From positions 17,580 to 81,579 of the forward strand of contig CAZZVR010000001.1 of assembly GCA_964657595.1 (NCBI GenBank): a DNA stretch of 64,000 nt, given 5' to 3'. Source of the stretch: Burkholderia sp. PAMC 26561. Lineage in GTDB: Bacteria; Actinomycetota; Thermoleophilia; Solirubrobacterales; Solirubrobacteraceae. This document shows, piece by piece, positions 1 through 9,930 of this stretch (position 1 is the stretch's first letter; each line of letters opens with the position of its first letter). The notes beneath the pieces were generated by a model. That model saw only the letters and a list, made by a program, of their open reading frames with translations. It did no database searches and was not told where the DNA came from. The position numbers and the translations under genes were made by a program.

Positions 1-1119
1 GTAGCCCGCCATGACAACGTCGCCGCGCGCGACGATCTCGCCCACCTCACCGGGTGCGACTTCGCGGTCGTCGGCGTCGACGATCCGGGCCTCGACGTCC
101 GTGCGGATGGTGCCGGCTGAGCCGATGCGGTCATCGCCCGCGGCCAGCAGCTCGGCGTGGGCGGTGGTCGAGAGTCCGGCGATGGTGATCGGCGCCTCGC
201 CCTGGCCGTAGATCTGTGCGAACACCGGCCCGAAGGTCGCCAGCGCCTGCTTGAGCTGCTCGACGAGGATCGGAGCGCCGCCGTAGCAGATGGCCTCGAG
301 ACTGCTGAGGTCGTACTCGCCGGGCACATACTCGTCGAGCATCCGCACGATCTGCGTCGGCGCCAGGAACGCGATGTGGCCGGCCTTGTGGGTCTCGATC
401 AGCCGGAACAGCGCCTTGGGCTCGAAGCTGGCGGTGTCGAGGATGATCTGCTCAGCGCCCCGGGCCACCGCGGGCATGCTGACGATGCCGCCGCCATGGG
501 ACAGCGGGGCGGCGTGCAGCACGACCTCACCGCCGCGGATGTTGTGGACGTCGGCGAGGTAGTTCATCGCCATCGTGCGGATCGTTCGGTGCGTCCACGT
601 CGCGCCCTTGGGCCGACCGGTCGTGCCAGAGGTGTAGAACAACCACGAGTTGTCGGTCTCGGACACGTCGACCGGACCGGGCAGCGCATGGCCGTCGTCG
701 AGAAGCGCGGCGTAGAGATCGGCTCCGGCGACCTCCTCGGTGCAGAAGCGCAGCTCGAGGTCACGCAGCTCGGGGATCTCCTGGATACCGGCCTGATACT
801 CCGGTCCGTGGATGAACGCGCGCGCCCCGGAGTTGGTGACGATGTAGGCCATCTCCTTCGGGTGCAGACGCGCGTTGATCGGCACCACGGTGAGGCCGGC
901 GGCGAAGCAGCCGTAGAGGATCTCGAGGATCGCCGGCTGATTCGCCAGGGCGAAGGCCACGCGATCGCCGTGCCGGAGGCCGCGGGCGCGCAGGGTCCCG
1001 CCGAGCATCAGGGCGCGTCGGTAGAACTCTGAGTAGGTCTCGGATTCCGCGCCATAGCGGATCGCCACCTGGTCCGGGCGCTGACGCGCGACCTTGGCCA
1101 GGAAGGCTGCGGTGTTCAT
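1..1119 (-). CDS. AMP-dependent acyl-CoA synthetase (5' part; runs off the window)
   Basis: Not in the ORF track. Manual translation from ATG 1119 (ATGA overlap with upstream gene) gives MNTAAFLAKVARQRPDQVAI... and the AMP-binding motif WLFYTSGTTGRPKG near 600-645. Confidence 0.9.
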   Translation of the reverse strand, partial: MNTAAFLAKVARQRPDQVAIRYGAESETYSEFYRRALMLGGTLRARGLRHGDRVAFALANQPAILEILYGCFAAGLTVVPINARLHPKEMAYIVTNSGARAFIHGPEYQAGIQEIPELRDLELRFCTEEVAGADLYAALLDDGHALPGPVDVSETDNSWLFYTSGTTGRPKGATWTHRTIRTMAMNYLADVHNIRGGEVVLHAAPLSHGGGIVSMPAVARGAEQIILDTASFEPKALFRLIETHKAGHIAFLAPTQIVRMLDEYVPGEYDLSSLEAICYGGAPILVEQLKQALATFGPVFAQIYGQGEAPITIAGLSTTAHAELLAAGDDRIGSAGTIRTDVEARIVDADDREVAPGEVGEIVARGDVVMAGY

Positions 1120-1532
1120 GCCGTCTCCGCGAGACGGAACCACGCCACCCGGCGTCCGTGGCGGTCATGGTCCGGAACGAATCCGACGAGGGCGTCGCAC
1201 GCGTATCCGTCCCAGCTGCCGCTCGCATCGGGTTCCAGGCGCACGGTGAGCTGCACGCCCTCCTCGAGCTTGACCACCCCGAGCGCGTAGGGAAGATCGT
1301 CCACGAAGTCCTTTGGCGGGACGGCCCGCACGACGGTGTAGCTGTGCAGGACGCCGACACCCCCAGACTGCTCGAAGCTCAGGTCCTCGGAACCGCAGAA
1401 GGGACAGCGGTAGCGCGGATACATGTTCGGCTTGGAGCAGCTGCCACACACCTGGATCAACAGCTCCCCGCGGTCCAGCCCCTCCCCCCACTCCTCAGCG
1501 AGGGTCGTCTCGGTGTGCTGTGCATCGGTCAT
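1116..1532 (-). CDS. DUF35 Zn-ribbon/OB-fold protein (thiolase partner)
   Basis: CxxC...YPRxxCPxC plus OB-fold; coupled to the thiolase-fold gene. Confidence 0.9.
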   Translation of the reverse strand: MTDAQHTETTLAEEWGEGLDRGELLIQVCGSCSKPNMYPRYRCPFCGSEDLSFEQSGGVGVLHSYTVVRAVPPKDFVDDLPYALGVVKLEEGVQLTVRLEPDASGSWDGYACDALVGFVPDHDRHGRRVAWFRLAETA

Positions 1533-2773
1533 CGCGTGGCTCCTAGCTCGACCCGCTCGAGCAGCAGAACCTGGGAGTCCATGTAGCTGCCGCCCGTGCC
1601 CCCGATCACCGCCCGCTTGGGTGTTTCGATCTGGCGTTCGGGCTCGGCCTTCCAGAGCAGCTGGCGGACGCCCTCGATCAGCAGCGCGGTGCCACCACCG
1701 ACCCCCGTGTGCCCCGCCGAGAGCAGGCCACCGTTGGTGTTGAGCGGGAAGTTTCCCCCGGGGGAGGTGGCGCCGGAGGCGATCCAGCGGGCGCCCTCAC
1801 CGGGTGGGCACAGGCCCAGGCCCTCACAGGCGATCGTCGTCACCGCGGCGTAGGAGTCATACACCTCGCCGAACTCCGCGTCCTCGGGCCCCCAGCCGGA
1901 CTGGGCGTAGGCGCGTTCTGCCGCAGTTGTCCAGCCGAGCCGGCTGAGGTTCTTCTCCTGCCCGATGCTGTAGTGGCTGACACAGCCACCCGAGCCGGCG
2001 ACGCGCACGGCTGAGCTGACGCGGCCCCGGGCGTTCTCGGCGCTCGTCATGACGAAGGCGGCGGCACCGTCGGCCAGCGGCGGGCACTCCATCGCGTGCA
2101 GCGGGTCCGAGACCATCTTCGAGCCGATCACCTTCTCGACGGTGAGCTCGCGGTCCTTGTACATCGCGTTCGGGTTCAGCTGTGCCCACTTGCGGAACGA
2201 CACGCAGACGGCCGCCATCTCCTCCGGCGTCGACCCGGTGTCATGCATGTAACGCTGGTGGATGAGCGCCCCGATGGCGTTGAAGCTCATGCCGCTGGGC
2301 CGCTCCCACTCCTGGGGAATGCCGTTCAGCGTCAGCATGGTGACCATCTCATTGAGGTCGGCCGAGCCCCAGCGCTCGCACTGCAGCACGAGCACCGTGC
2401 GGGCGTGGCCGGAGGCGATCAGGCCGGAGGCGACGCGGACGGCGTTGTCGCTGGTCGACCCGCCGGAGTGGACCATGAAGCTGGACTTGGCCTTGCCGTT
2501 GCGGCCCAGCTCCTCCACCATGCGGCTGAACACCAGGTCCGCCTGATCGTCGAAGGAGTGCAGGCACGGGATGAGCATGATCGTGTCGACGTCGTCCGGG
2601 GTGACGTTCGCGTCCTGCATCGCCCGGTAGGCGACGTCGGTCAGGGCGCCGATGAAGGTCCGGTGCGGGAACTTGCCCGAGGGCAGCTCGCCCACTCCGA
2701 TGAAGAGCGGATCGTTGTCTGCTCCGGCTTCGATCGTCAGTGGCCTGATCTCAGCAACATCAGCATCAGCCAT
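1529..2773 (-). CDS. SCP-x-type thiolase-fold protein lacking the nucleophilic Cys (Ltp2-like aldolase candidate)
   Basis: ECPPLADGAAAFV, EVYDSY and NTNGGLLSAGH motifs; VHSGGSTS where active thiolases have Cys. Confidence 0.85.
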   Translation of the reverse strand: MADADVAEIRPLTIEAGADNDPLFIGVGELPSGKFPHRTFIGALTDVAYRAMQDANVTPDDVDTIMLIPCLHSFDDQADLVFSRMVEELGRNGKAKSSFMVHSGGSTSDNAVRVASGLIASGHARTVLVLQCERWGSADLNEMVTMLTLNGIPQEWERPSGMSFNAIGALIHQRYMHDTGSTPEEMAAVCVSFRKWAQLNPNAMYKDRELTVEKVIGSKMVSDPLHAMECPPLADGAAAFVMTSAENARGRVSSAVRVAGSGGCVSHYSIGQEKNLSRLGWTTAAERAYAQSGWGPEDAEFGEVYDSYAAVTTIACEGLGLCPPGEGARWIASGATSPGGNFPLNTNGGLLSAGHTGVGGGTALLIEGVRQLLWKAEPERQIETPKRAVIGGTGGSYMDSQVLLLERVELGATR

Positions 2774-3260
2774 CTGTTCTCTCCTCTCCGGATGCTCGCC
2801 GGGCGAGCATCACCTGTGTGAATCGCATGACCTCGTCGTCTCTCTGATTGCGCACCGAGTAGTCGACGCTCAGGGTCCCGTACTTCGGGTTGTCGCCTGC
2901 CTCGTGACCGACGACCTCCGCCCGCACCGACAGGGTGTCCCCTGCCAGCACGGGAGCCAGGGCCCGCAGACTGGTGATCTCCAAGAGCGCGACGATCGCG
3001 TCGCCGTAGTAACCGGTCATCCCCACGAGACCGACCGCGATGCTGAAGGTCAGCGGGCCGTGACCGATCCGCTCACCGAAGCGCGTGGCACCGGCCACCT
3101 CAGCATCCATGTGCAGCGGGTAGTAGTCGCCCGTCAGTCCTGCGAAGGCGATGAAATCCGCCGTCTCGACGGTGCGTCCTCGCGTGAGGATGATGTCGCC
3201 GAGTCGCAGGTCTTCGAACGTCCTGGGGGTTGGATCTCTGAAAGTCCGAGGATCAGTCAT
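2766..3260 (-). CDS. MaoC-family dehydratase
   Basis: FAGLTGDYYPLHMD...FGERIGHG hydratase-2 motif. Confidence 0.9.
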   Translation of the reverse strand: MTDPRTFRDPTPRTFEDLRLGDIILTRGRTVETADFIAFAGLTGDYYPLHMDAEVAGATRFGERIGHGPLTFSIAVGLVGMTGYYGDAIVALLEITSLRALAPVLAGDTLSVRAEVVGHEAGDNPKYGTLSVDYSVRNQRDDEVMRFTQVMLARRASGEERTDG

Positions 3261-3442
3261 GACGAAACAATCATTTGTTCGAGCCTACGTTCTGGCTGAT
3301 CCGTTTGTCAAGGTTGCCGTGGACACGAGACGTCCCTGCGACGCTGCCCCGGGCCGCTGAAACGGGTTCCTCGGGACCGCAGGAACCCGGAGCAAGTTTA
3401 GCTGCACTAACGCTTGTTTGCCGTGCGATATACGCTTGCGCC

Positions 3443-4342
3443 ATGTCGACGAGCACGCCCACCGTCCTCTCCACTGGCCATCGCTTCCTCGAGGCGCCGC
3501 GCTGGCACGAGGGCGCCCTGTACGCCTCCGATTTCTTCAGCCAGCAGGTCCTGCGCTGGGACCCCGAGACCCACGTCACGACGGAGGTCTGCCACGTCGA
3601 GCAAATGCCCGCCGGCCTCGCCTGGGACCCCGAGGGCCGGTTGCACGTCGTCTCGATGCTCGACCGCCGCCTGCTTCGGCTCGGCCCAGATGGACTGACC
3701 GAGGTGGCCAATCTGTTCGAACACATGGACTGGCATGCCAACGATCTGGTCATCGACGCATCGGGACGAGCGTACGTGGGCAACTTCGGCTGGGACGAGG
3801 GCAGTGACCCGAAGATCCAGATGACCAGTCTGCTGCGGGTTGATCCTGACGGATCGATCCATGTGGCCGCCGAGGACCTCGTGTGTCCCAACGGCATGTC
3901 AATCCTGCCCGACGGGCGCACGCTCCTGGTCAACGAGACGTTCGCCGCGCGCGTGACAGCGTTTGACATCGACCCCGCCGACGGAAGCCTCAGCGGGCGG
4001 CGGGTGTGGGCGAGGTTCGCCGACGACCCCCCGGAGACACTGCCCGACGTCCTCGCGCTCGGCGTCATCCTTCCCGACGGGATGGCCCTCGACGCCGAGG
4101 GCGCGCTGTGGCTCGGCGACTGCCGTGGAGCTGGCTCGGCTCGGGTCGCCGAGGGGGGCGAGATCCTCGACTTCGTGTCGACGGGCGAACATGCGGCCTT
4201 CGCCGTCGCGCTGAGCGACGAACCGACTCCGGCCCTGTACCTGTGCGGGAACATCCCCTACGGCAAGGGCGACTGGACGACTCACAGCGAGGGCACGATG
4301 TACCGCCGCGAGGTCGAGGTGCCGCGCGCCGGGCGCCCCTGA
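3443..4342 (+). CDS. SMP-30/gluconolactonase-family lactonase
   Basis: FLEAPRWH, ANDLVID, PNGM and PDGMALD motifs; start reassigned to ATG 3443. Confidence 0.88.
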   Translation: MSTSTPTVLSTGHRFLEAPRWHEGALYASDFFSQQVLRWDPETHVTTEVCHVEQMPAGLAWDPEGRLHVVSMLDRRLLRLGPDGLTEVANLFEHMDWHANDLVIDASGRAYVGNFGWDEGSDPKIQMTSLLRVDPDGSIHVAAEDLVCPNGMSILPDGRTLLVNETFAARVTAFDIDPADGSLSGRRVWARFADDPPETLPDVLALGVILPDGMALDAEGALWLGDCRGAGSARVAEGGEILDFVSTGEHAAFAVALSDEPTPALYLCGNIPYGKGDWTTHSEGTMYRREVEVPRAGRP

Positions 4343-4427
4343 ACGCGAGCGCAAACCTCCTCCCCCTCAGCACCGCAGTTCAGGTAGGGTATTTGCACTA
4401 ACGTTTGTTTTATTGAGGAGAGAAACC

Positions 4428-5261
4428 ATGGGTCGTCTTGAGGGCAAAGTCGCTTTCATCACCGGAGCAGCTCGCGGTCAGGGACGGTCGCACGCCGTTC
4501 GCATGGCCGAAGAGGGCGCCGACATCATCGGTGTCGACATCTGCGAGCAGATCGACAGCGTTCCCTACGAGCTGGGGACGATGGAGGAGCTCGAGGAGAC
4601 CCAGAGTCTCGTGGAGAAGCTCGACCGCCGGATGGTCATCGCCAAGGCTGATGTCCGCAGCTTTGATCAGCTGAAGTCAGCCGTCGATACGGGCGTCAGC
4701 GAACTCGGCCGCCTCGACATCGTCAGCGCGAACGCGGGCATCTGGTCCGCCGCCCCCTTCATGGACATGACGCGTGAGATGTACGACGACATGATCGACG
4801 TGCAGATGAACGGTCCCTACAACACCTGCCAGGCCGTGGTCCCCGTGCTCGTCGACCAGGGCCAGGGCGGGTCGATCGTGATCACCAGTTCCACCGCCGG
4901 TCTGAAGGGCTTCCCCAACCAGGTCCACTACAACATGGCCAAGCACGCCGTGGTCGGCCTGATGCGGTCCCTCGCCAACGAGCTGGCCCCGCACATGATC
5001 CGCTGCAACAGCATCCATCCCAGCTCGACGTTCACCAAGATGATCGACAACGCCGCGATCTGGGCCGCGTTCGCGCCAGGTGTGGAGAACCCGACGGTGG
5101 CCGACTTCGGCGACACCTTCCAGGCGATGAACCTCCTCCCCGTGATGTGGGCCGAGGCGATCGACATCTCCAACGCTCTGGTCTATCTGGCCTCTGACGA
5201 ATCGCGCTACGTCACCGGGGTGACGCTTCCGGTCGACTCCGGCTTCATGGTCAAGGTCTGA
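4428..5261 (+). CDS. Mycofactocin-coupled SDR oxidoreductase
   Basis: ITGAARGQGRSHAV...DIC...VPY insertion; YxxxKH; RBS GAGGAG. Confidence 0.92.
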   Translation: MGRLEGKVAFITGAARGQGRSHAVRMAEEGADIIGVDICEQIDSVPYELGTMEELEETQSLVEKLDRRMVIAKADVRSFDQLKSAVDTGVSELGRLDIVSANAGIWSAAPFMDMTREMYDDMIDVQMNGPYNTCQAVVPVLVDQGQGGSIVITSSTAGLKGFPNQVHYNMAKHAVVGLMRSLANELAPHMIRCNSIHPSSTFTKMIDNAAIWAAFAPGVENPTVADFGDTFQAMNLLPVMWAEAIDISNALVYLASDESRYVTGVTLPVDSGFMVKV

Positions 5262-5265
5262 TCAG

Positions 5266-5312
5266 ACGCAATGGCCTGCACCTCCGTTTGACGGCTAAGC
5301 AGGCCATTGCGT
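5266..5312 (+). terminator. Stem-loop after the SDR gene
   Basis: 14-bp inverted repeat ACGCAATGGCCTGC / GCAGGCCATTGCGT. Confidence 0.65.
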
Positions 5313-5355
5313 TCCGGCCCGCGTGGAGGCGGTCTAGAACTTATCCAGCGTGACC

Positions 5356-5404
5356 TTGACAGTCAGTAGGAGCAGGTCTACGTTTCGTAAAACTAACGAT
5401 AGTT
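5356..5404 (+). promoter_or_regulatory. SigA-like promoter with downstream palindromic operator
   Basis: TTGACA-17 bp-TACGTT, then AACTA-acga-TAGTT at 5391-5404. Confidence 0.65.
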
Positions 5405-5614
5405 TTTTCCGCTGAGGGTTGCGGAGAGGATCTGTCAAAAGTAACATTGACGGGAAGCTTGCACGTAGTCCGAGCACCGAGTGGAACCGGTATGTGGAGG
5501 GCTCGCTCAGACCTCGGGTCGCCGAAGCATCAGCGGTCCGCAGGGCCCGTTCGAGTGCTCCGCCAACGGTGATCTGTTCGTCTGCGCGGTCGGCGAAGCC
5601 GGAGAGAGGGAAGA

Positions 5615-7204
5615 GTGAGTTCGTTAGAGGGCGTTTCGCCGGCGGCTGAGGTCGTCGGCGGCAGCAATGAGAGGGTCGCGCTCCGTGTCCGCGGGGTGTC
5701 GAAGACTTTTCCGGGTGTCCGCGCGTTGTCCGACTTCGATTTGGATGTGCGCGCGGGTACCGTCCACGCGCTGCTCGGGCACAACGGCTGCGGAAAATCG
5801 ACCTTGATCAAGGCGCTCGCGGGGGTTCATGCTCCCGATCCAGGCGGACAGGCTTGGATCGATGGTGAGGAGTTGGAGCTCGGCGATGCGAAGGACGCGA
5901 TCGCGAAGGGTCTGCGCTTTGTCCACCAGGAGTTGGGCATCATTCCCGAGCTCGGGGCTGCCGACAACATCGGGTTCACCTTGGGCTATGAGCGCAACCG
6001 TTTTGGTCAGATTGACTGGTCCCGGCAGGGCCGGCGGACCACTGAACTGCTGGAGCAGTTCGGCTTTGAGATGGATCCGTGGCGGCCGCTGTCGGAGGCG
6101 TCACCGCCTGAGCGGGCGGCCGTGGCGATCGTACGGGCGGTCGCCGGCTGGCAGCACGGGAGTGGTGTGCTCATTCTTGATGAGCCGACCGCGGCGCTGG
6201 CCAAGCACGAGGTCGAGCAGCTGTTTCGTCTCATCCGGGAGGTCAAGGCCACCGGGACGGCGGTGCTTCTGGTGTCTCACCGCCTCGACGAGGTCATGAC
6301 GGTCGCTGACCACGTGACGGTGATGCGTGGTGGTGTGACGGTATGGGACGGCGACCTCAAGGACACGTCGATGAGTCGGCTCGTTCACCTCATCGCGAAC
6401 ACCGCGGCGGATGAGGCGGCCGCGACTGCACCGACGGCTCAGGCGGTCGCTGCGTCGTTCACTTCCGCGCCGGTGGTGGCCCAGGTGCGGGGGCTCAAGA
6501 GTCGCTATCTCCACGGGATTGACCTGGCCGTGCGAGCTGGCGAGGTCGTCGGGGTGTGCGGGCTGCTTGGGTCAGGCCGTGAGGAGCTTCCGTACATCAT
6601 GGCGGGAGATCTCACCGACGGTGTCGAGGGCTTGTTCACCATCGACGGACATGAGTACACCGAGCTCGATGTCGATATGGCGCGCGAAGCCGGGATCGCC
6701 CTGGTCCCGGCTGACCGAGCGCGTGAGGGAATCTTCGATCTCTTCACCGTCGGTGAGAACGTCTCGATCGCTGCGCTGCCATCGCTGCGCCAAGCACGGG
6801 TCGTGCCCAAGGGAGCGGAGAAGAAGTTCGTCCGTCGCTGGCTGGAGTCGGTGCACGCCGACGCGGCGACCTCGGCGAGACCGATCACCACACTGTCTGG
6901 CGGGAACCAGCAGAAGGCTGTGCTTGCTCGCTGGCTTTCGGTGTCTCCCAAGCTGCTCGTGCTCTCTGAGCCGACGGCTGGGGTGGATATCGGAGCGCGG
7001 ATGATCTTGTACGAGGAGATCAAGCGTCGCGCGAAGGAAGGTCTCGGGGTCTTGATGGCCTCATCGGACGTCGAGGATCTTCTGGCGTCGTGTGACCGAG
7101 TGGTGGTGCTGCGTGACGGCCACATCTCTGGAGAATTTGTTGGAGCTCAGATGACAAAAGCATCGATTCTTAGCGCTGTGGAGGGAGTTGGAGTTGACCA
7201 GTAA
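5615..7204 (+). CDS. CUT2-family ABC transporter ATP-binding protein (two NBDs)
   Basis: GHNGCGKST Walker A, LILDEPT, LSGGNQQK. Confidence 0.93.
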   Translation: MSSLEGVSPAAEVVGGSNERVALRVRGVSKTFPGVRALSDFDLDVRAGTVHALLGHNGCGKSTLIKALAGVHAPDPGGQAWIDGEELELGDAKDAIAKGLRFVHQELGIIPELGAADNIGFTLGYERNRFGQIDWSRQGRRTTELLEQFGFEMDPWRPLSEASPPERAAVAIVRAVAGWQHGSGVLILDEPTAALAKHEVEQLFRLIREVKATGTAVLLVSHRLDEVMTVADHVTVMRGGVTVWDGDLKDTSMSRLVHLIANTAADEAAATAPTAQAVAASFTSAPVVAQVRGLKSRYLHGIDLAVRAGEVVGVCGLLGSGREELPYIMAGDLTDGVEGLFTIDGHEYTELDVDMAREAGIALVPADRAREGIFDLFTVGENVSIAALPSLRQARVVPKGAEKKFVRRWLESVHADAATSARPITTLSGGNQQKAVLARWLSVSPKLLVLSEPTAGVDIGARMILYEEIKRRAKEGLGVLMASSDVEDLLASCDRVVVLRDGHISGEFVGAQMTKASILSAVEGVGVDQ

Positions 7205-8321
7205 AGTTGAACCGCCTGTGACGCCCGTCGAGCCTGTGTCTGGAGAGGCACTGGCCGGCGCGGCTGCCCAGCGCGGCACTGCAACAACAAGTCCGAGGCC
7301 GGAGAAGCCGGCTTGGCGTCGCTTCTTTGCGTTCTCGAACATCGGGATCGTGTACGTCGAGATCGCGATCATCATCCTGTTTTCGCTCTGGGCTCCCCAT
7401 ACGTTCCCGACGGTCACGACGATCAAGTCGATCCTGAACCAGAACGCCATCTCGGGACTTATCGCTCTCGCACTGGTCGTACCGCTTTCAGCTGGGGTGT
7501 TTGACCTGTCGGTCGGTAATCTCATGGGTCTCGCCAACGTCTTGGTGGCGTGGCTGCTCATCAACAAGGGCATGGCGATCCTGCCGGCGATCCTGATCAC
7601 CGTGGCCGCTGGCCTCGCTTTGGGCATCTTCAACGCGATCGTCGTGGTGAACGCCAAGATCGATTCGTTCATCGGAACCCTGGCCACCGGCTCGCTGTTC
7701 GCTGCCGTGGTCTCGCTCCTGTCGAACAATCAGTCGATCATCGGTAACAAGCTGAACGGCTCGTTCGGGAACATCGCCACGACGAACATCGGCGGAATTC
7801 AGTTGCCCGTGATCCTCATGGTCGTCGTTGCGTTGGTTCTCTGGTTCCTGCTCAAGTACACCGTGATCGGTCGGCGCCTGTACGCCGTCGGGTTCAACGA
7901 ACGCGGCGCCAGCCTCACCGGTATCCGCGTGAATCGCGTGAAGTTCATGTCGTTGATCGTGTCCGGGGTCGTCTGCGGTATCGCCGGTGTTCTGCTGGCC
8001 TCACAGGTCAGCTCCGGTTCCCCCGACATCGGTCCGCCGTATCTGCTTAACGCGTTCGCTGCGGCGTTCCTCGGCGCCACCCAGTTCGGCGGGCGCTTCA
8101 ACGCCTGGGGGACGATCCTCGCGGTCATCCTGCTCGGAACCGGCACCACTGGTCTCGTGCTTGTCGGCGCCCAGCCCTGGGCCCAGAGCATGTTCAGCGG
8201 AGTGGTGCTGCTGGTCGCACTCGGCGCGAGCAACCTCGAACGCGCAATCGAAGCACGGGCATGGGTCCGAGCACGCGCACGCGGCGCCGCAGCCGCAGAA
8301 ACACCCGCGCCGGCAACCTGA
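7188..8321 (+). CDS. CUT2-family ABC transporter permease (RbsC-like)
   Basis: Multiple TM helices, FDLSVG, GRRLYAVGFN; start uncertain. Confidence 0.92.
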   Translation: MELTSKVEPPVTPVEPVSGEALAGAAAQRGTATTSPRPEKPAWRRFFAFSNIGIVYVEIAIIILFSLWAPHTFPTVTTIKSILNQNAISGLIALALVVPLSAGVFDLSVGNLMGLANVLVAWLLINKGMAILPAILITVAAGLALGIFNAIVVVNAKIDSFIGTLATGSLFAAVVSLLSNNQSIIGNKLNGSFGNIATTNIGGIQLPVILMVVVALVLWFLLKYTVIGRRLYAVGFNERGASLTGIRVNRVKFMSLIVSGVVCGIAGVLLASQVSSGSPDIGPPYLLNAFAAAFLGATQFGGRFNAWGTILAVILLGTGTTGLVLVGAQPWAQSMFSGVVLLVALGASNLERAIEARAWVRARARGAAAAETPAPAT

Positions 8322-8382
8322 GCCGCGACGGCTCACTCCTGGGAGCGGCGGCGAGGATCTGGCGCTCGATAAAAGGTGAACC

Positions 8383-8411
8383 GGGGCCCCTCGCGTGTGT
8401 CGAGGGGCCCC
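8383..8411. terminator. Hairpin between convergent genes
   Basis: GGGGCCCCTCG-7 nt-CGAGGGGCCCC perfect stem. Confidence 0.7.
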
Positions 8412-8437
8412 ATCTGCTTCCGGTGGGCGTTCGCTCG

Positions 8438-9136
8438 CTACTTCTGGCGGGGCTTCGGGGCCGCTAGCCCATTGAGAATGAGGTCGGCAAAGCCGTCCCC
8501 GGCTTCGTCAGCGCTCAGATCACCATCGGGCTGATACCAGCGGTAGGTCCAGTTCACCATCCCGATGACACTGTGGGCGAGAAACCACGCCGGCTTGTCG
8601 GAGACGAGCGTCCCGTCCCCCAGTCCGTCGCTGATGATCTCGCGGATGCTGCGGTAGTAGTCGCGGCTCCATTTCGTCATGCGCGCGGTCCACTCAGGCG
8701 TCGTTCCCTCGAGGCGCGCGGGATCCTCTTGAAGGAAGACGAACATGTGGGGATAGTTCGCGTCATAGGAGCGCATCAGCAGCTTGAGGATGGCTCGTAG
8801 CTTCTCAGCCGGCGGCAACTCACCACGCCTCACGTTCACTGCGTCGGCGACGTTGGCCGTCACCACGCGCTCGACCACGGCTTGGAAGAGCTCCTGCTTG
8901 CTGGCGTAGTAGTAGTAGATGGTGGCCGGGTTCCGGTCGAGTTCGAGCGCGACGTCTTTGAGCTTTGCGCCGTGATACCCCTTCGCACGGAACACGGTCG
9001 CGGCGGCGTCGAGCAGTTCCTTGCGTCGCTCTTCGTAAACCTCGCCCGACTCCTTACGCGCACTCATGCGCCGGAGCCCCAGATTGGTCCCCGTGTCGCT
9101 CGACGGCTTGTCGTGCTTCCCGTTCTTGTCGCTCAT
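8438..9136 (-). CDS. TetR-family regulator, KstR2-like
   Basis: HTH FRAKGYHGAKLKDVA...IYYYYASKQEL; C-terminal GMVNWTYRWYQPDG typical of KstR2/PaaR-like TetRs. Confidence 0.88.
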   Translation of the reverse strand: MSDKNGKHDKPSSDTGTNLGLRRMSARKESGEVYEERRKELLDAAATVFRAKGYHGAKLKDVALELDRNPATIYYYYASKQELFQAVVERVVTANVADAVNVRRGELPPAEKLRAILKLLMRSYDANYPHMFVFLQEDPARLEGTTPEWTARMTKWSRDYYRSIREIISDGLGDGTLVSDKPAWFLAHSVIGMVNWTYRWYQPDGDLSADEAGDGFADLILNGLAAPKPRQK

Positions 9137-9198
9137 CGTCGCACCACTCGAATCGCATCCTATCTGGCGGGGCTGTCGCCAGACATTGATCGCCACCG

Positions 9199-9819
9199 GT
9201 GCTGAGTAGCATGGCGCCCATGGCTCAGGGGGATCCTCCCAGCCGACGCAAGCGCGAGTCCGAGGTCCTCAGCGCCGCCGTCGAGGTGTTTCGCAACAAG
9301 GGCTACGCTGCCGCCACGATCCAGGACATCGCCGAGCATGTCGGCGTCCTGAAGGGCAGCCTCTACTACTACATCCGCTCCAAGGAAGAGCTCCTGTCGC
9401 GGATCTTCGACGAGATCAACGCCGAAGCTCGGGCCATCCTCGTCGACGTGACCCAGATGCACGACGTACCCGCGCTTGAGCGACTTCGGGTGTACATCGA
9501 GCGCTACACGTACTGGTACCTCACCCACCTCGAGCGAGTCGGCCTGTACTTCAGCGAGTGGCGTCACCTTACGGGAGATCTGCTCGACAAAGAGCTCGCG
9601 CGCCGGGCGGAATTCGAGACGTTCATCAGCGGGTTGATCGACGAAGCGAAGTCCGACGGATGCGTGCCCTCGGAGCTCCCGTCGCGTCATGCCACCTTTT
9701 TCCTGCTTGGCGGGGTGAACTCGGCGGCGACCTGGTACGACCCGGACGGGGTTGATTCGCCTACCTTGATCGCCGAATCCTTCGCACGCATGGCGGTGGG
9801 GCTCCTCACCCAGCCGTGA
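9199..9819 (+). CDS. TetR-family regulator, KstR2-like (divergent partner)
   Basis: HTH KGYAAATIQDIA...LYYYIRSKEEL; GGVNSAATWYDPDG. Confidence 0.88.
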   Translation: MLSSMAPMAQGDPPSRRKRESEVLSAAVEVFRNKGYAAATIQDIAEHVGVLKGSLYYYIRSKEELLSRIFDEINAEARAILVDVTQMHDVPALERLRVYIERYTYWYLTHLERVGLYFSEWRHLTGDLLDKELARRAEFETFISGLIDEAKSDGCVPSELPSRHATFFLLGGVNSAATWYDPDGVDSPTLIAESFARMAVGLLTQP

Positions 9820-9860
9820 GCGCGCACGGCTCGCTGAACTTCGAGCTTGGTGTCTGCCCG

Positions 9861-9911
9861 TTGACAGTCATCGCGGCTGGCGGTACCTTGAATTCAAACG
9901 TCGTTTGAATT
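9861..9911 (+). promoter_or_regulatory. SigA-like promoter with 21-bp palindromic operator
   Basis: TTGACA-17 bp-TACCTT followed by AATTCAAACG-T-CGTTTGAATT (9891-9911). Confidence 0.7.
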
Positions 9912-9930
9912 TGAGGCTGGGAGAGTTCGT

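Noticed and set aside
157-1032. Long antisense ORFs (also 3271-4254, 44006-45484, 46474-47748, 53034-54263, 61756-63123)
   Set aside because: Shadow frames of real high-GC genes, with no motifs.
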